Below are positions 7,018 through 15,147 of a stretch of DNA of 16,858 bases, piece after piece. Origin of the DNA: Candidatus Heimdallarchaeota archaeon (lineage in GTDB: Archaea > Asgardarchaeota > Heimdallarchaeia > Heimdallarchaeales > Heimdallarchaeaceae); contig JAEOTE010000079.1 in assembly GCA_016839945.1 (NCBI GenBank), forward strand, positions 1 to 16,858, given 5' to 3'. The notes under the pieces were generated by a model. That model was given only the letters and a program-made list of their open reading frames with translations, was not told where the DNA came from and ran no database searches. The translations under genes were made by a program, and so were the position numbers. The number at the start of each line of letters is the position of its first letter. Position 1 is the first letter of the stretch.

Positions 7018-9381
7018 TTAAGAAGCCATATGTTCTGTTCTCGCGATTATTTCATTTTGAAGACTTTCTCCAAGGTTAATGAAATAATCACTGTAACCTG
7101 CTACCCTAACTATCAAATTTCTGTGTTGTTCTGGAGTTTTTTGAGCTTCCCTTAATGTATCTGCTGAAACCACATTAAACTGAATATGATGACCATCCAT
7201 TCTAAAATAAGCTCGAATTAAATATGCTAGCTTTGCAATTCCATCATCATCAGCAAGGAACTGAGGAGTAAATTTTTGATTCAGTAAGGTCCCTCCAGTT
7301 TTAAGGTGCTCTATTTTTGATGCTGATTTAATAACAGCTGTTGGACCTTTGATATCCATACCTTGCACTGGTGAGACGCCTTCAGAGAGAGGTTGATATT
7401 CTTCTCTTCCATCTGGGGTAGCTTTTGTAACGCTTCCAAAATAGATATGAACTGTTGTAGGAAGAAGATTAATTCTGTGAAAACCTCCTTTTGTATTTGG
7501 TCTACCGTTAACTGCAGTATAATATACATCAAAGATTTTCTGCATTATCTCATCAGGATAATCTTCATCATTTCCATACTTCGGGGTTTCTCTAACTATT
7601 TGACATCGAATACTCTCATTTTCTTCAAAATTGGATTCTATTGCTCCAAGTAATTCTTTCATTGTAAAGATGTTATTATCAAACACATTATATTTCAAAG
7701 AAGTTAGAGAATCTGTTATTGTTCCTAATCCAACTCCCTGAATATATGTAGTATTATACTTTGCTCCTCCATCGTTGTAATCTTTTCCTTTCTCAATGCA
7801 ATCATCAATTAAAAGAGACATGAAAGGTGAAGGAAGAATTTCTGCCCATAATCTTTCAATTACGTTATTTCCTTTGATTTTTATATCCACAAAATGATTA
7901 ACCTGTTTTGAATATGCATTAAACAAATCATCAAAAGATTCAAAATCTGCTGCATCCCCTGTTTCTAAACCTATCTTTTTCCCAGTTCTTAGATCAACAC
8001 CGTTATTCAATGTTACTTCAAGAATTTTAGGCAGGTTAAAATATCCAGAAAGAATATAACTCTCTTTTCCAAATGCCCCAGTTTCTACACAACCACTAGC
8101 TCCACCATTTCTTGCATCAACAATCGATTTTCCTTGATTTAGTAATTCTTGTATAATTGCATCTGTGTTGAAAATAGAAGGTTGTCCAAAACCTGTTCTA
8201 ACTATTTTTAAAGCTCTTTTTAGAAAATCATCTGGAGTTTTATTACTTATCTGAACCATTGAACTAGGTTGCAGAATTCTCATTTCTTCAAGTATATCTA
8301 GAAGCAAGAAAGAGAGTTCATTAACTGCATCAGATCCATCTTCTTTTACTCCTCCTAGGTTAATAAGGCAAAAATCAGTGTATGTATTGCTTTCTTCAGC
8401 TGTAACTCCTACTTTGGGAGGAGCAGGTTGATTATTGAATTTAATCCAGAAACATTGTAATAGTTCCTTGATTTCATCCAAAGTGAGATTTTCTTCTTCA
8501 ATATCTTGTTTATAAAAGCTGTAAATATTTTGATCTAATCTTCCAGGATTGAATGAATCCCAAGTGTTTAATTCTGTTATTACTCCTAGATGTATAAACC
8601 AATAGTGTTGCAATGCTTCCCAAAGATTTCTAGGAGCATTAGCAGGAACATTAGTACAAATTTCTGCTATTTTTTTCAACTCTCCTTTTCTTTCTTCATT
8701 GTTTTCTATTTCAGCTAAGTCACTTGCTTTTTCTGAATATCTTCTTGCTAAAAGAATTATTGCATCAGCAGCTATATCCATCGCTTTTAGTTGTTCTTGT
8801 TTTTGCAATGCATTTGTGTCGTTCTGAAAATCTAGTTTCTCCAAACTTTCTTTGATTTCTTTCTTAAAATTAAGAAAACCTTTTTGGAATATTTTTTTAC
8901 CTGCAACAGTATGACCAGGTGCTCTTTGTTCCATAAATTCTGTGAAAACACCTGCTTCATAAGCTTCTATCCAGTCCTCATCCATAATGCTGAAAATCTG
9001 TTTTCTAATGGATTTTTCCTTCCAAAAGGGAATAATTTTATTTTGAGTAAGTCTTTTAGTTTCCTCGTCAACTTTGAAAGAAATCTTTTTTCTAGTATCA
9101 AGTATTTCTAAATCCTTTAAACTGTGAGTGCAAATCTCAGGATAAGTAGATGCTGATACAGGTTCTGGCCCTCTTTCTCCTACAATCAGCTCTCCTTCAT
9201 TTATACACAACTTCTTGTTTTCTAGTATGTGTTTAAAAGCTAAGGCTCTAGCTACTGGAATTGAAACTTCATCAGCTTTACCACTCTGATAAAAATTTGT
9301 TAGTAGCAAAGCTCTCTCTAAAGAAAGAGTAGGTTGAGCATTCAAACTTTGGCTTCTGAGTTTACTTACTCTTTCATTCAT
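7018..9381 (-). CDS. hypD: Glycyl radical enzyme, trans-4-hydroxy-L-proline dehydratase
   Basis: 787 aa. Gly loop RVAGYS and Cys loop SGCVE. HypD-specific motifs as I recall them from the C. difficile enzyme: EFMEQRAPGHT (His), WDSF (Asp), FNNQPAPPKVG..EESNTYTDF (Ser/Asp/Phe), SGYFN (Tyr), LLPTT (Thr). Confidence 0.92.
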   Translation of the reverse strand: MNERVSKLRSQSLNAQPTLSLERALLLTNFYQSGKADEVSIPVARALAFKHILENKKLCINEGELIVGERGPEPVSASTYPEICTHSLKDLEILDTRKKISFKVDEETKRLTQNKIIPFWKEKSIRKQIFSIMDEDWIEAYEAGVFTEFMEQRAPGHTVAGKKIFQKGFLNFKKEIKESLEKLDFQNDTNALQKQEQLKAMDIAADAIILLARRYSEKASDLAEIENNEERKGELKKIAEICTNVPANAPRNLWEALQHYWFIHLGVITELNTWDSFNPGRLDQNIYSFYKQDIEEENLTLDEIKELLQCFWIKFNNQPAPPKVGVTAEESNTYTDFCLINLGGVKEDGSDAVNELSFLLLDILEEMRILQPSSMVQISNKTPDDFLKRALKIVRTGFGQPSIFNTDAIIQELLNQGKSIVDARNGGASGCVETGAFGKESYILSGYFNLPKILEVTLNNGVDLRTGKKIGLETGDAADFESFDDLFNAYSKQVNHFVDIKIKGNNVIERLWAEILPSPFMSLLIDDCIEKGKDYNDGGAKYNTTYIQGVGLGTITDSLTSLKYNVFDNNIFTMKELLGAIESNFEENESIRCQIVRETPKYGNDEDYPDEIMQKIFDVYYTAVNGRPNTKGGFHRINLLPTTVHIYFGSVTKATPDGREEYQPLSEGVSPVQGMDIKGPTAVIKSASKIEHLKTGGTLLNQKFTPQFLADDDGIAKLAYLIRAYFRMDGHHIQFNVVSADTLREAQKTPEQHRNLIVRVAGYSDYFINLGESLQNEIIARTEHMAS

Positions 9382-9384
9382 ACC

Positions 9385-10188
9385 TTACCCACCTATTTTA
9401 ACATTCAAATCAAATGCTTCAAGTTGCTTCTTGATTTCATTCATCCTTCCTTCTGAAGGTGGAGTAATATTATTTAACATATATGGTTTTTCCAATCTTC
9501 TATATTTCGCTTCTCCCATTTTGTTAAAAGGCAATATATCCACTCTTGAGATACAGTTCAATTTTGAGACAAAACTCCCAATTTGATTAATATTCTCTGA
9601 AGAATCTGTTATGCTGGGAACTATTGGAATTCGAATAATAATCTCTTTTTTCTTTTTACATAAATATCGCAAATTAGCCAAAATCAAATCAAGAGAAACT
9701 CCTGTGTATTTGATATGTTCTTCTTCATTAAGCAATTTGAGATCGTACAGAAATAAATCCACATTATCTATTATTTCTTCAAAAATATCTTTAGGAGCAT
9801 AACCTGATGTGTCTAATGCAGTATGAAAACCTTCTTCCTTACATAGAGATAAAAGAGATGATAAAAAGACTGGTTGTAATAATGGTTCTCCACCAGAGAA
9901 TGTAATACCTCCCTCAGATTCTTCATAAAACACTCTATCTTTGGAAACTTCATTCATCACTTCTTTTGCAACTACTTCTCTCCCAATAATTTCTTTAGTA
10001 CAATTGCCCTCAGAATCTTGATTAAATAAGGAAAGAATCTCTTCTGGATCCGGATTTTGCCCTTCTGGATTTGCACACCACCAACATTTCAAGGGACATC
10101 CCTTAAAGAAAACTGTTGTTCTAATCCCAGGACCATCATGAACTGCAAAACGCTTTATATCGAAAATTATTCCTTTTGCTTCTTTCAT
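9385..10188 (-). CDS. Glycyl-radical enzyme activating protein (radical SAM), short form without the ferredoxin insert
   Basis: IFDIKRFAVHDGPGIRTTVFFKGCPLKCWWCANPEG, GGITFSGGEP, HTALDTSG, LYDLK and terminal IGG. It ends 3 nt before the hypD start. Confidence 0.95.
   Translation of the reverse strand: MKEAKGIIFDIKRFAVHDGPGIRTTVFFKGCPLKCWWCANPEGQNPDPEEILSLFNQDSEGNCTKEIIGREVVAKEVMNEVSKDRVFYEESEGGITFSGGEPLLQPVFLSSLLSLCKEEGFHTALDTSGYAPKDIFEEIIDNVDLFLYDLKLLNEEEHIKYTGVSLDLILANLRYLCKKKKEIIIRIPIVPSITDSSENINQIGSFVSKLNCISRVDILPFNKMGEAKYRRLEKPYMLNNITPPSEGRMNEIKKQLEAFDLNVKIGG
9389..9394 (-). promoter_or_regulatory. Shine-Dalgarno-like AGGTGG for hypD, embedded in the last codons of the activase
   Basis: The minus strand reads ATA GGT GGG TAA GGT ATG. 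Confidence 0.5.
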
Positions 10189-10201
10189 GATGAATACCTA
10201 G

Positions 10202-10221
10202 TTCAATGTTCAGCTATTGAA
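10202..10221. promoter_or_regulatory. Inverted repeat TTCAAT-N8-ATTGAA; candidate operator of the activase-hypD operon
   Basis: Perfect 6-bp arms between the minus-strand TATA-like TTTTAAT (10221-10227) and the activase ATG (10188). Confidence 0.35.
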
Positions 10222-10284
10222 TTAAAATATTTTCTTGCTTTACACATATGACAATTTCACTAAAAGATTAGTCTAAGAATTTTT

Positions 10285-10314
10285 AAAAAATAAAAAAAAG
10301 GAGTTAAGACTCCT
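10285..10314 (-). terminator. Hairpin plus U-tract terminator of the ArsR-GyrI gene
   Basis: The minus strand reads AGGAGT-CTTA-ACTCCT (6-bp stem, 10299-10314, overlapping the stop codon), then TTTTTTTATTTTTT. Confidence 0.7.
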
Positions 10315-11239
10315 ATTTCTTTGATATTGGAAAGAACAGGTCGAATTCGATTTTTTCTCCATCTATTTCATCGTTTAATGCTTGTTCTAAACATTCATTA
10401 CTACCTATTTTATATTTGTCACTTTCTTTAATCCACATATACAGTTCTTTCCAAGCTTCACCAAGTTGATGTACTCCATAGCAGCTTGATACTACATATA
10501 ATCCTCCAGGGGTATCTTTCACGGTTACATCTGGTCCTGGATCAAAATCATCATCGATTGTTAGCCAGAATTCATATCCATATGGATTTTCTTCATTAAC
10601 CAAAAATTCTCCTGTTTCTTTGTTGAATTTTGGATCAGGATTATTAAATCCATAAATCTTATGCTTATTATTTGGAATTCCAGAAATCTTCTTTTCTTTT
10701 ACCCAAGCACGCATTTTTGCTGATGCTTTAGTTTCTGGATCGCCTAGAAATACGCCCATTTCTTGGAATGAAACTACTTTTGATGGAGGGAGTTCAACTA
10801 TTCTAAATTTATCTTTTCCCATTTCTTTTTCACCTTCAATTTTTGTGTAACGCTTAATCATTGCTTCATATCTTAAGCGAAGGATTTCTAGCTTTTCTTG
10901 TTCTCTTATCTTAATATCCAGAAAAACCTTAGCTGAAGCTTTCAGAATATCTTCACCATCGAATGATATCTGATAAACACCTCTATCTAATCTCTCAACC
11001 AAACTACAATCAATTAATTGCGAAAGATGGTTAGCGAGAGAAGTTTTTGGAATATTCATTTTTTCTTGTAAATCTTTGAATTCCAATTCTTCGGTAAGTA
11101 ATCTCGCGAGAATTTCGATACGAGTAGGGTGATCTAAAGCTTTGTGTAGATTTGCGATATCACTCATTGATTCAAGTATAAACAATTTCAAAGATTCTTT
11201 TGAACTGAAAGGCATATCATCCATGTTATCCATCTTCAT
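10313..11239 (-). CDS. Transcriptional regulator: ArsR-type winged HTH fused to a GyrI-like effector-binding domain
   Basis: N-terminal KALDHPTRIEILARL...SLANHLSQL...LVERLDRGVYQIS, a helical linker, then FRIVELPPSKVVSF, IYGFNNP, YGYEFWLTI, PGGLYVV, AWKELYMW, CLE, DLFFPI. The exact start is uncertain because there are several Met codons. Confidence 0.85.
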   Translation of the reverse strand: MKMDNMDDMPFSSKESLKLFILESMSDIANLHKALDHPTRIEILARLLTEELEFKDLQEKMNIPKTSLANHLSQLIDCSLVERLDRGVYQISFDGEDILKASAKVFLDIKIREQEKLEILRLRYEAMIKRYTKIEGEKEMGKDKFRIVELPPSKVVSFQEMGVFLGDPETKASAKMRAWVKEKKISGIPNNKHKIYGFNNPDPKFNKETGEFLVNEENPYGYEFWLTIDDDFDPGPDVTVKDTPGGLYVVSSCYGVHQLGEAWKELYMWIKESDKYKIGSNECLEQALNDEIDGEKIEFDLFFPISKK

Positions 11240-11271
11240 CAGTTATTATATGACTAGGGCAAGAAATTTCT

Positions 11272-11303
11272 GAATACTGGAATAAATGAATAAATGAATA
11301 TAT
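11272..11303. repeat. Four imperfect tandem 8-mers with a GAATA core
   Basis: GAATACTG GAATAAAT GAATAAAT GAATATAT in the divergent regulator/GH63 intergenic region. Confidence 0.6.
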
Positions 11304-11342
11304 AGTTTATTATGTGAAATTAATTAGTAAATTGTATTTATA

Positions 11343-11357
11343 GAGGAAGTTTAAAAA
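11343..11357 (+). promoter_or_regulatory. Archaeal BRE/TATA promoter of the GH63-like gene
   Basis: Purine-rich GAGGAAG then TTTAAAAA, ending 22 nt before the GTG at 11380. Confidence 0.5.
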
Positions 11358-11379
11358 AAACATCCACAAATACTTATTC

Positions 11380-12645
11380 GTGAAGGATGATTTAATTACA
11401 AAAGCAAAACATCTGCTTTCAACTAACACCATAGAAAAAGAAACATTACTAGATGGTGATCGAAAGAAGATTATTTACACAGCACCAAGTCCAGGAACCT
11501 ATGACCAACAATGGTTTTGGGATAGCTGCTTACATAGTCTTGTTTGGATGAAATTAGGAGAAAAGGAAAGAGCTTTCAAGGAGCTTCAAAGCTTAATGAT
11601 TGGTAAAGGCCCGAAAGAATTTTTTCCTCATATGATCTTTTGGAAGCTGAAAAAAGACATTTACTGGAGATTTTTTGATAAGCTTTATCTTACTGAAAAT
11701 TATTCAGAGATCATTCAACCTCCAATTATTGGTTATTCTCTAAAATGCTTAAAGAACGCAGGTTTAAGAAAAAGAGAATTAGAAACAATTTCAGAAGAAG
11801 TTCTTATTTATTATATTTATATCTTAAAGGAAAGAGATCCTGAAGATATGGGATTAATTTCTATAGTACATCCTTGGGAAAGTGGATTAGATTCTTCTCC
11901 AAGTTTTGATCTAGGTTTAGAGAAGAAAAGATTTCTTAGAATTCATCAATGGAAAAGAATGAGGTCTTTGTTAAAAGAGTTTCATATTTTAGAATGGAAT
12001 CAAAGAAGAATGGCTCAAGAATCATCTTTTAGAGTTAAGTGTGTCTTGACAAATACCTTGCTAGCTTGGGGAATGGAAGCTTTTGCTAATCTTCTAGAGG
12101 AGATGAATAGAACAGAAGAATCTTATGAGTTAAGAGAAAAAATTGATCGTATTTGGCATAGTCTCTTAAGGTACTGTTGGAATGAGAAGGATGGCTTGTT
12201 TTACAATTTAGAAATGAAGAAAGAAGGATATGAGCAAGTTCGTATTAACACTATTAGTTCTCTTCTTCCTCTTCTATTAGATATATCAGCAGACATTAAG
12301 AATAGATTAGTTGAACATATTACAGATAAAACTGAATACTGGTCAAGGTATCCGATTCCAACAGTAGCAATGACAGAGAAATCATTTGATCCATCAAACA
12401 ATTCATTATTATGGAGAGGTCCTACTTGGATCAATACAAATTTCTTTATTTGGCTCGGATTAAAAAAACACAAAGAAGCTAAATTAGCAAATGAGTTAGC
12501 TAAAAGAACACGTGATCTTGTTCAAAAATCTGGTTTCAGAGAGTTTTATAATCCTATTTCAGGAAATGGTGGAGGAGCTAAGAATTTTGGATGGTCAACT
12601 TTAGTTTTACTAATGGAGGAAGATATAGAAATTCTATTCAGGTAA
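11380..12645 (+). CDS. GH63/MGH1-like (alpha/alpha)6 glycoside hydrolase (mannosyl/glucosylglycerate hydrolase-like)
   Basis: YDQQWFWDS, IIQPP, HPWESGLDSSP (acid Asp), WRGPTWINTN, FREFYNP (base Glu), FGWS. GTG start; no signal peptide seen. Confidence 0.88.
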   Translation: MKDDLITKAKHLLSTNTIEKETLLDGDRKKIIYTAPSPGTYDQQWFWDSCLHSLVWMKLGEKERAFKELQSLMIGKGPKEFFPHMIFWKLKKDIYWRFFDKLYLTENYSEIIQPPIIGYSLKCLKNAGLRKRELETISEEVLIYYIYILKERDPEDMGLISIVHPWESGLDSSPSFDLGLEKKRFLRIHQWKRMRSLLKEFHILEWNQRRMAQESSFRVKCVLTNTLLAWGMEAFANLLEEMNRTEESYELREKIDRIWHSLLRYCWNEKDGLFYNLEMKKEGYEQVRINTISSLLPLLLDISADIKNRLVEHITDKTEYWSRYPIPTVAMTEKSFDPSNNSLLWRGPTWINTNFFIWLGLKKHKEAKLANELAKRTRDLVQKSGFREFYNPISGNGGGAKNFGWSTLVLLMEEDIEILFR

Positions 12646-13332
12646 ATGAATTGCTATTTTACAAACTTCTCCTCTATTCATAACAGTTTCAAGAACTTCA
12701 ACTTCTACTGATTTTTGTAAAATTTCTTCCCAAATTCCTTTGTAGAATCCTGCACCACAATAACAATGGTACATAGGAAGTTCATTTTCTGCTTTATCCA
12801 TCACATCTCTAATGCGAGGGCAATGACAATAAATCGCTCTTTTCTTAAGAGAATCAGTCTCTTCAAACCAATCTTTAATAAAAGTACTTTTGGGAATTTT
12901 AGTTGCAAATATTGTCCTTCCTTCAAGTTTACCAGCCATCCCCATATCTCTTTTGATAATTTCTGTTTTATATTTCTCTTCTAATTCTAGTGATTCATCA
13001 AGAAATGATACGAAGTATTCTTGCATTTTCTTATGAACTAAAACCAAATCGTTAGTTTCAGCATAAAGTTTCTTTAGTTCTTGTAGGTTTTTTCTTGGAT
13101 ACTGACATGCACAGCCTGTTAAAATAGCATTTCTTGTTTTGTCATCTACATATGTGTCAAGTTTAGATAATGCTTTCTTTGTCCACTGGAATACTTCTTT
13201 ACGACTTGTTTCTGAAGAAATATTTTCACTCCCTGCTAAAATATTTCTTTTAGTCTCATCATCAACTTCATCATCTAAACACATTGAAAAAACTCTTAAC
13301 CAGTATTTATCAAAATCGAAATCCTCTGACAT
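12634..13332 (-). CDS. Cys-rich hypothetical protein, DUF6144/V4R-like putative metal- or small-molecule-binding domain
   Basis: GCAC, YCHCP, YHCYCGAGFYKGIWE.IL...VEVEVLETV..RGEVCKIAI pattern. Confidence 0.65.
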   Translation of the reverse strand: MSEDFDFDKYWLRVFSMCLDDEVDDETKRNILAGSENISSETSRKEVFQWTKKALSKLDTYVDDKTRNAILTGCACQYPRKNLQELKKLYAETNDLVLVHKKMQEYFVSFLDESLELEEKYKTEIIKRDMGMAGKLEGRTIFATKIPKSTFIKDWFEETDSLKKRAIYCHCPRIRDVMDKAENELPMYHCYCGAGFYKGIWEEILQKSVEVEVLETVMNRGEVCKIAIHLPE

Positions 13333-13471
13333 TTCTCTCGGATTTCAAAAACCATTGATACTTATAATATCTTCTATTATTTTCGTTTTTTATTAGAAAG
13401 AGAAAATAAAGCAAGATCCATTATAAGAAATACAGTTAAAAATCATAATGAGATAGTATTATTGATTTTGT

Positions 13472-14239
13472 ATGAACGAAATTACTGTTTGTTTGACATT
13501 TGATTTGGATGCAGAAAGTGCTCAAGTAAGGCAAAAAGAAAATCCTGTAAGAGTATCCAAGGGGCAATTTGCAATTCAGAGAGGTATGCCAAGGATACTC
13601 TCCTTGCTAAAAAAATATGATATTCAAGCAACTTTCTTTGTTTGTGGTTGGGTTGCTGAAACATACCCTAGTACTATAAGTAATATTCTCATAAGAGAAA
13701 ATGAAATTGCAGCTCATGGATACATGCATGAATATCTCGACAAATTATCGATAGGTGTTGAAAAAACTATACATGAACGAACAAACAAAGTCTTAGAAGA
13801 AATGGCAGGGAAAGTTGATGGATTTAGAGCCCCTTATTGGATTCTTTCTAACAACACTTTAAGCATTATTACAGAATTGGGATATATCTACGATTCCTCG
13901 CTGATGAACGAAGATAGACCACATACTTATACTATACCAGAAACCGATAGAAGAATTGTTGAATTTCCCGTAGAGTGGTATTTAGATGATTGGATTTTAT
14001 TTGAAGAGAAACAACTTAATCCTACAGCAGTTTTGGAAATATGGAAAAACCAATTTGATGCACTTATTGAAGTAGATGATATTGAAGAGGATCGCTGTGT
14101 TTTCACCCTTACATGTCATCCTTCATGTATAGGACATGCTTATCGTCTTAATGTTCTTGAAAGTTTAATTAAATACATGATTTCTAAGAAAGCTACTTTT
14201 ACTAAAATGAATAAAGTAGCTGCTGATTTCTTCTTTTGA
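13472..14239 (+). CDS. Polysaccharide deacetylase (CE4/NodB; PuuE/HpPgdA-like subgroup)
   Basis: LTFDLD, ATFFV, HGYMHE (metal His), GFRAPYW, YDSSLM, W.LDDW, LTCHP. Confidence 0.9.
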   Translation: MNEITVCLTFDLDAESAQVRQKENPVRVSKGQFAIQRGMPRILSLLKKYDIQATFFVCGWVAETYPSTISNILIRENEIAAHGYMHEYLDKLSIGVEKTIHERTNKVLEEMAGKVDGFRAPYWILSNNTLSIITELGYIYDSSLMNEDRPHTYTIPETDRRIVEFPVEWYLDDWILFEEKQLNPTAVLEIWKNQFDALIEVDDIEEDRCVFTLTCHPSCIGHAYRLNVLESLIKYMISKKATFTKMNKVAADFFF

Positions 14240-14342
14240 TTTAATTATGTACATCATTTAGATTAGGTTATAGTGTGTTATTAAAATGGTTGAAGGAGAA
14301 TGTTGTAAAAGCAAAAGAAGGTGCAGTATGGAAGATTCAATT

Positions 14343-15077
14343 TTACAGCTCATACTCTTCTTCTGCTAAAGGCAAAGCTAATTGTTTTCTAGGTTCATAT
14401 GCATGCCCAACTGATTCATTCTTATGAAGTAAATCTTCAATTTCTTTAGAGATGGGATGATCTCCCAAAGCCAAAATAGCTTTTCCCTTTTCTTTACTGC
14501 TTCCTGAGTAACCTTGGCTAGTTACTCTAATTCTCAACAGTTTATTATCTTTTACAGTGAAAGATTGTGATTCTGTAAAAGTTTCCTTGACTTCTTCTTT
14601 AGGTACTTCGAGTGTAAGTATATTCTTTTTCTCATGATTCAATTTACACTTGGTTGTATATTCATTTTTCTCAAAATTGATATCAGCAATGAATTTCGGA
14701 TATCCAAGTAGATCTACACCAGCTTTACGAGCAAGTTCTGTAGTAACAGGCAGGTGAATGAAGTGTGTTCCTTCATATTTTTGGTTTTTATCTTTGAAGG
14801 TTAATGGAAAGCCTATCCCTACCTCATTGTAAGGTTCTAGAACAGAGATATGCTTGTACTCATATGCTACTATAAACATTAAAGAAATTCCAGGAAAAGG
14901 TTTCACAAGTTTAGTTTTTTTCGAGGGAAGATATTTCTTTAGTTTTTTTGCTGAAACTGGAAATAGTGCGATTATACTGAATACATCGTAATATTTTGCT
15001 GGTATCTCATGCATATCTCCAATAAACTCTATCTTCTCATATTCGAATTTATCAAAAAAATCCTTGTTCAATTCCAT
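14343..15077 (-). CDS. Acetoacetate decarboxylase-like (ADC) family protein
   Basis: EPYNEVGIG, HLPVTTELARKAGVDLLGYPK (Schiff-base Lys position); beta-rich sequence. Confidence 0.8.
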   Translation of the reverse strand: MELNKDFFDKFEYEKIEFIGDMHEIPAKYYDVFSIIALFPVSAKKLKKYLPSKKTKLVKPFPGISLMFIVAYEYKHISVLEPYNEVGIGFPLTFKDKNQKYEGTHFIHLPVTTELARKAGVDLLGYPKFIADINFEKNEYTTKCKLNHEKKNILTLEVPKEEVKETFTESQSFTVKDNKLLRIRVTSQGYSGSSKEKGKAILALGDHPISKEIEDLLHKNESVGHAYEPRKQLALPLAEEEYEL

Positions 15078-15147
15078 GGAATTACATTTTTTCTACAAAG
15101 TAAAAAGTGTTTCTCATTTTATTTTTAGAGTAATCTAGAGAAGAAAT

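Noticed and set aside
7018-9381. Annotation as pyruvate formate-lyase or choline TMA-lyase
   Set aside because: There is a single Cys in GCVE, not the Cys-Cys pair of PFL, and the substrate-pocket motifs match HypD.
9388-9396. C-terminal Gly-Gly of the activase as a ubiquitin/SAMP-like conjugation tail
   Set aside because: Terminal IGG is ordinary for GRE activases, and here the codons also form the SD-like site for hypD.
11272-11303. Tandem repeats as a CRISPR remnant
   Set aside because: The unit is only 8 nt, with no spacers and no cas genes.
6152-13364. Shared 10-mer TTGATACTTA upstream of the GNAT gene (6152-6161) and the DUF6144 gene (13355-13364)
   Set aside because: It is AT-rich, overlaps the TATA-like boxes and sits at different distances from the starts; chance cannot be excluded.
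1572-13664. Short alternative-frame or antisense ORFs in the track (1572, 2247, 4921, 5766, 5807, 7311, 7393, 8884, 9611, 10057, 12201, 12766, 13139, 13482)
   Set aside because: They lie within or mostly overlap well-supported genes and have no motifs; they are shadow ORFs.
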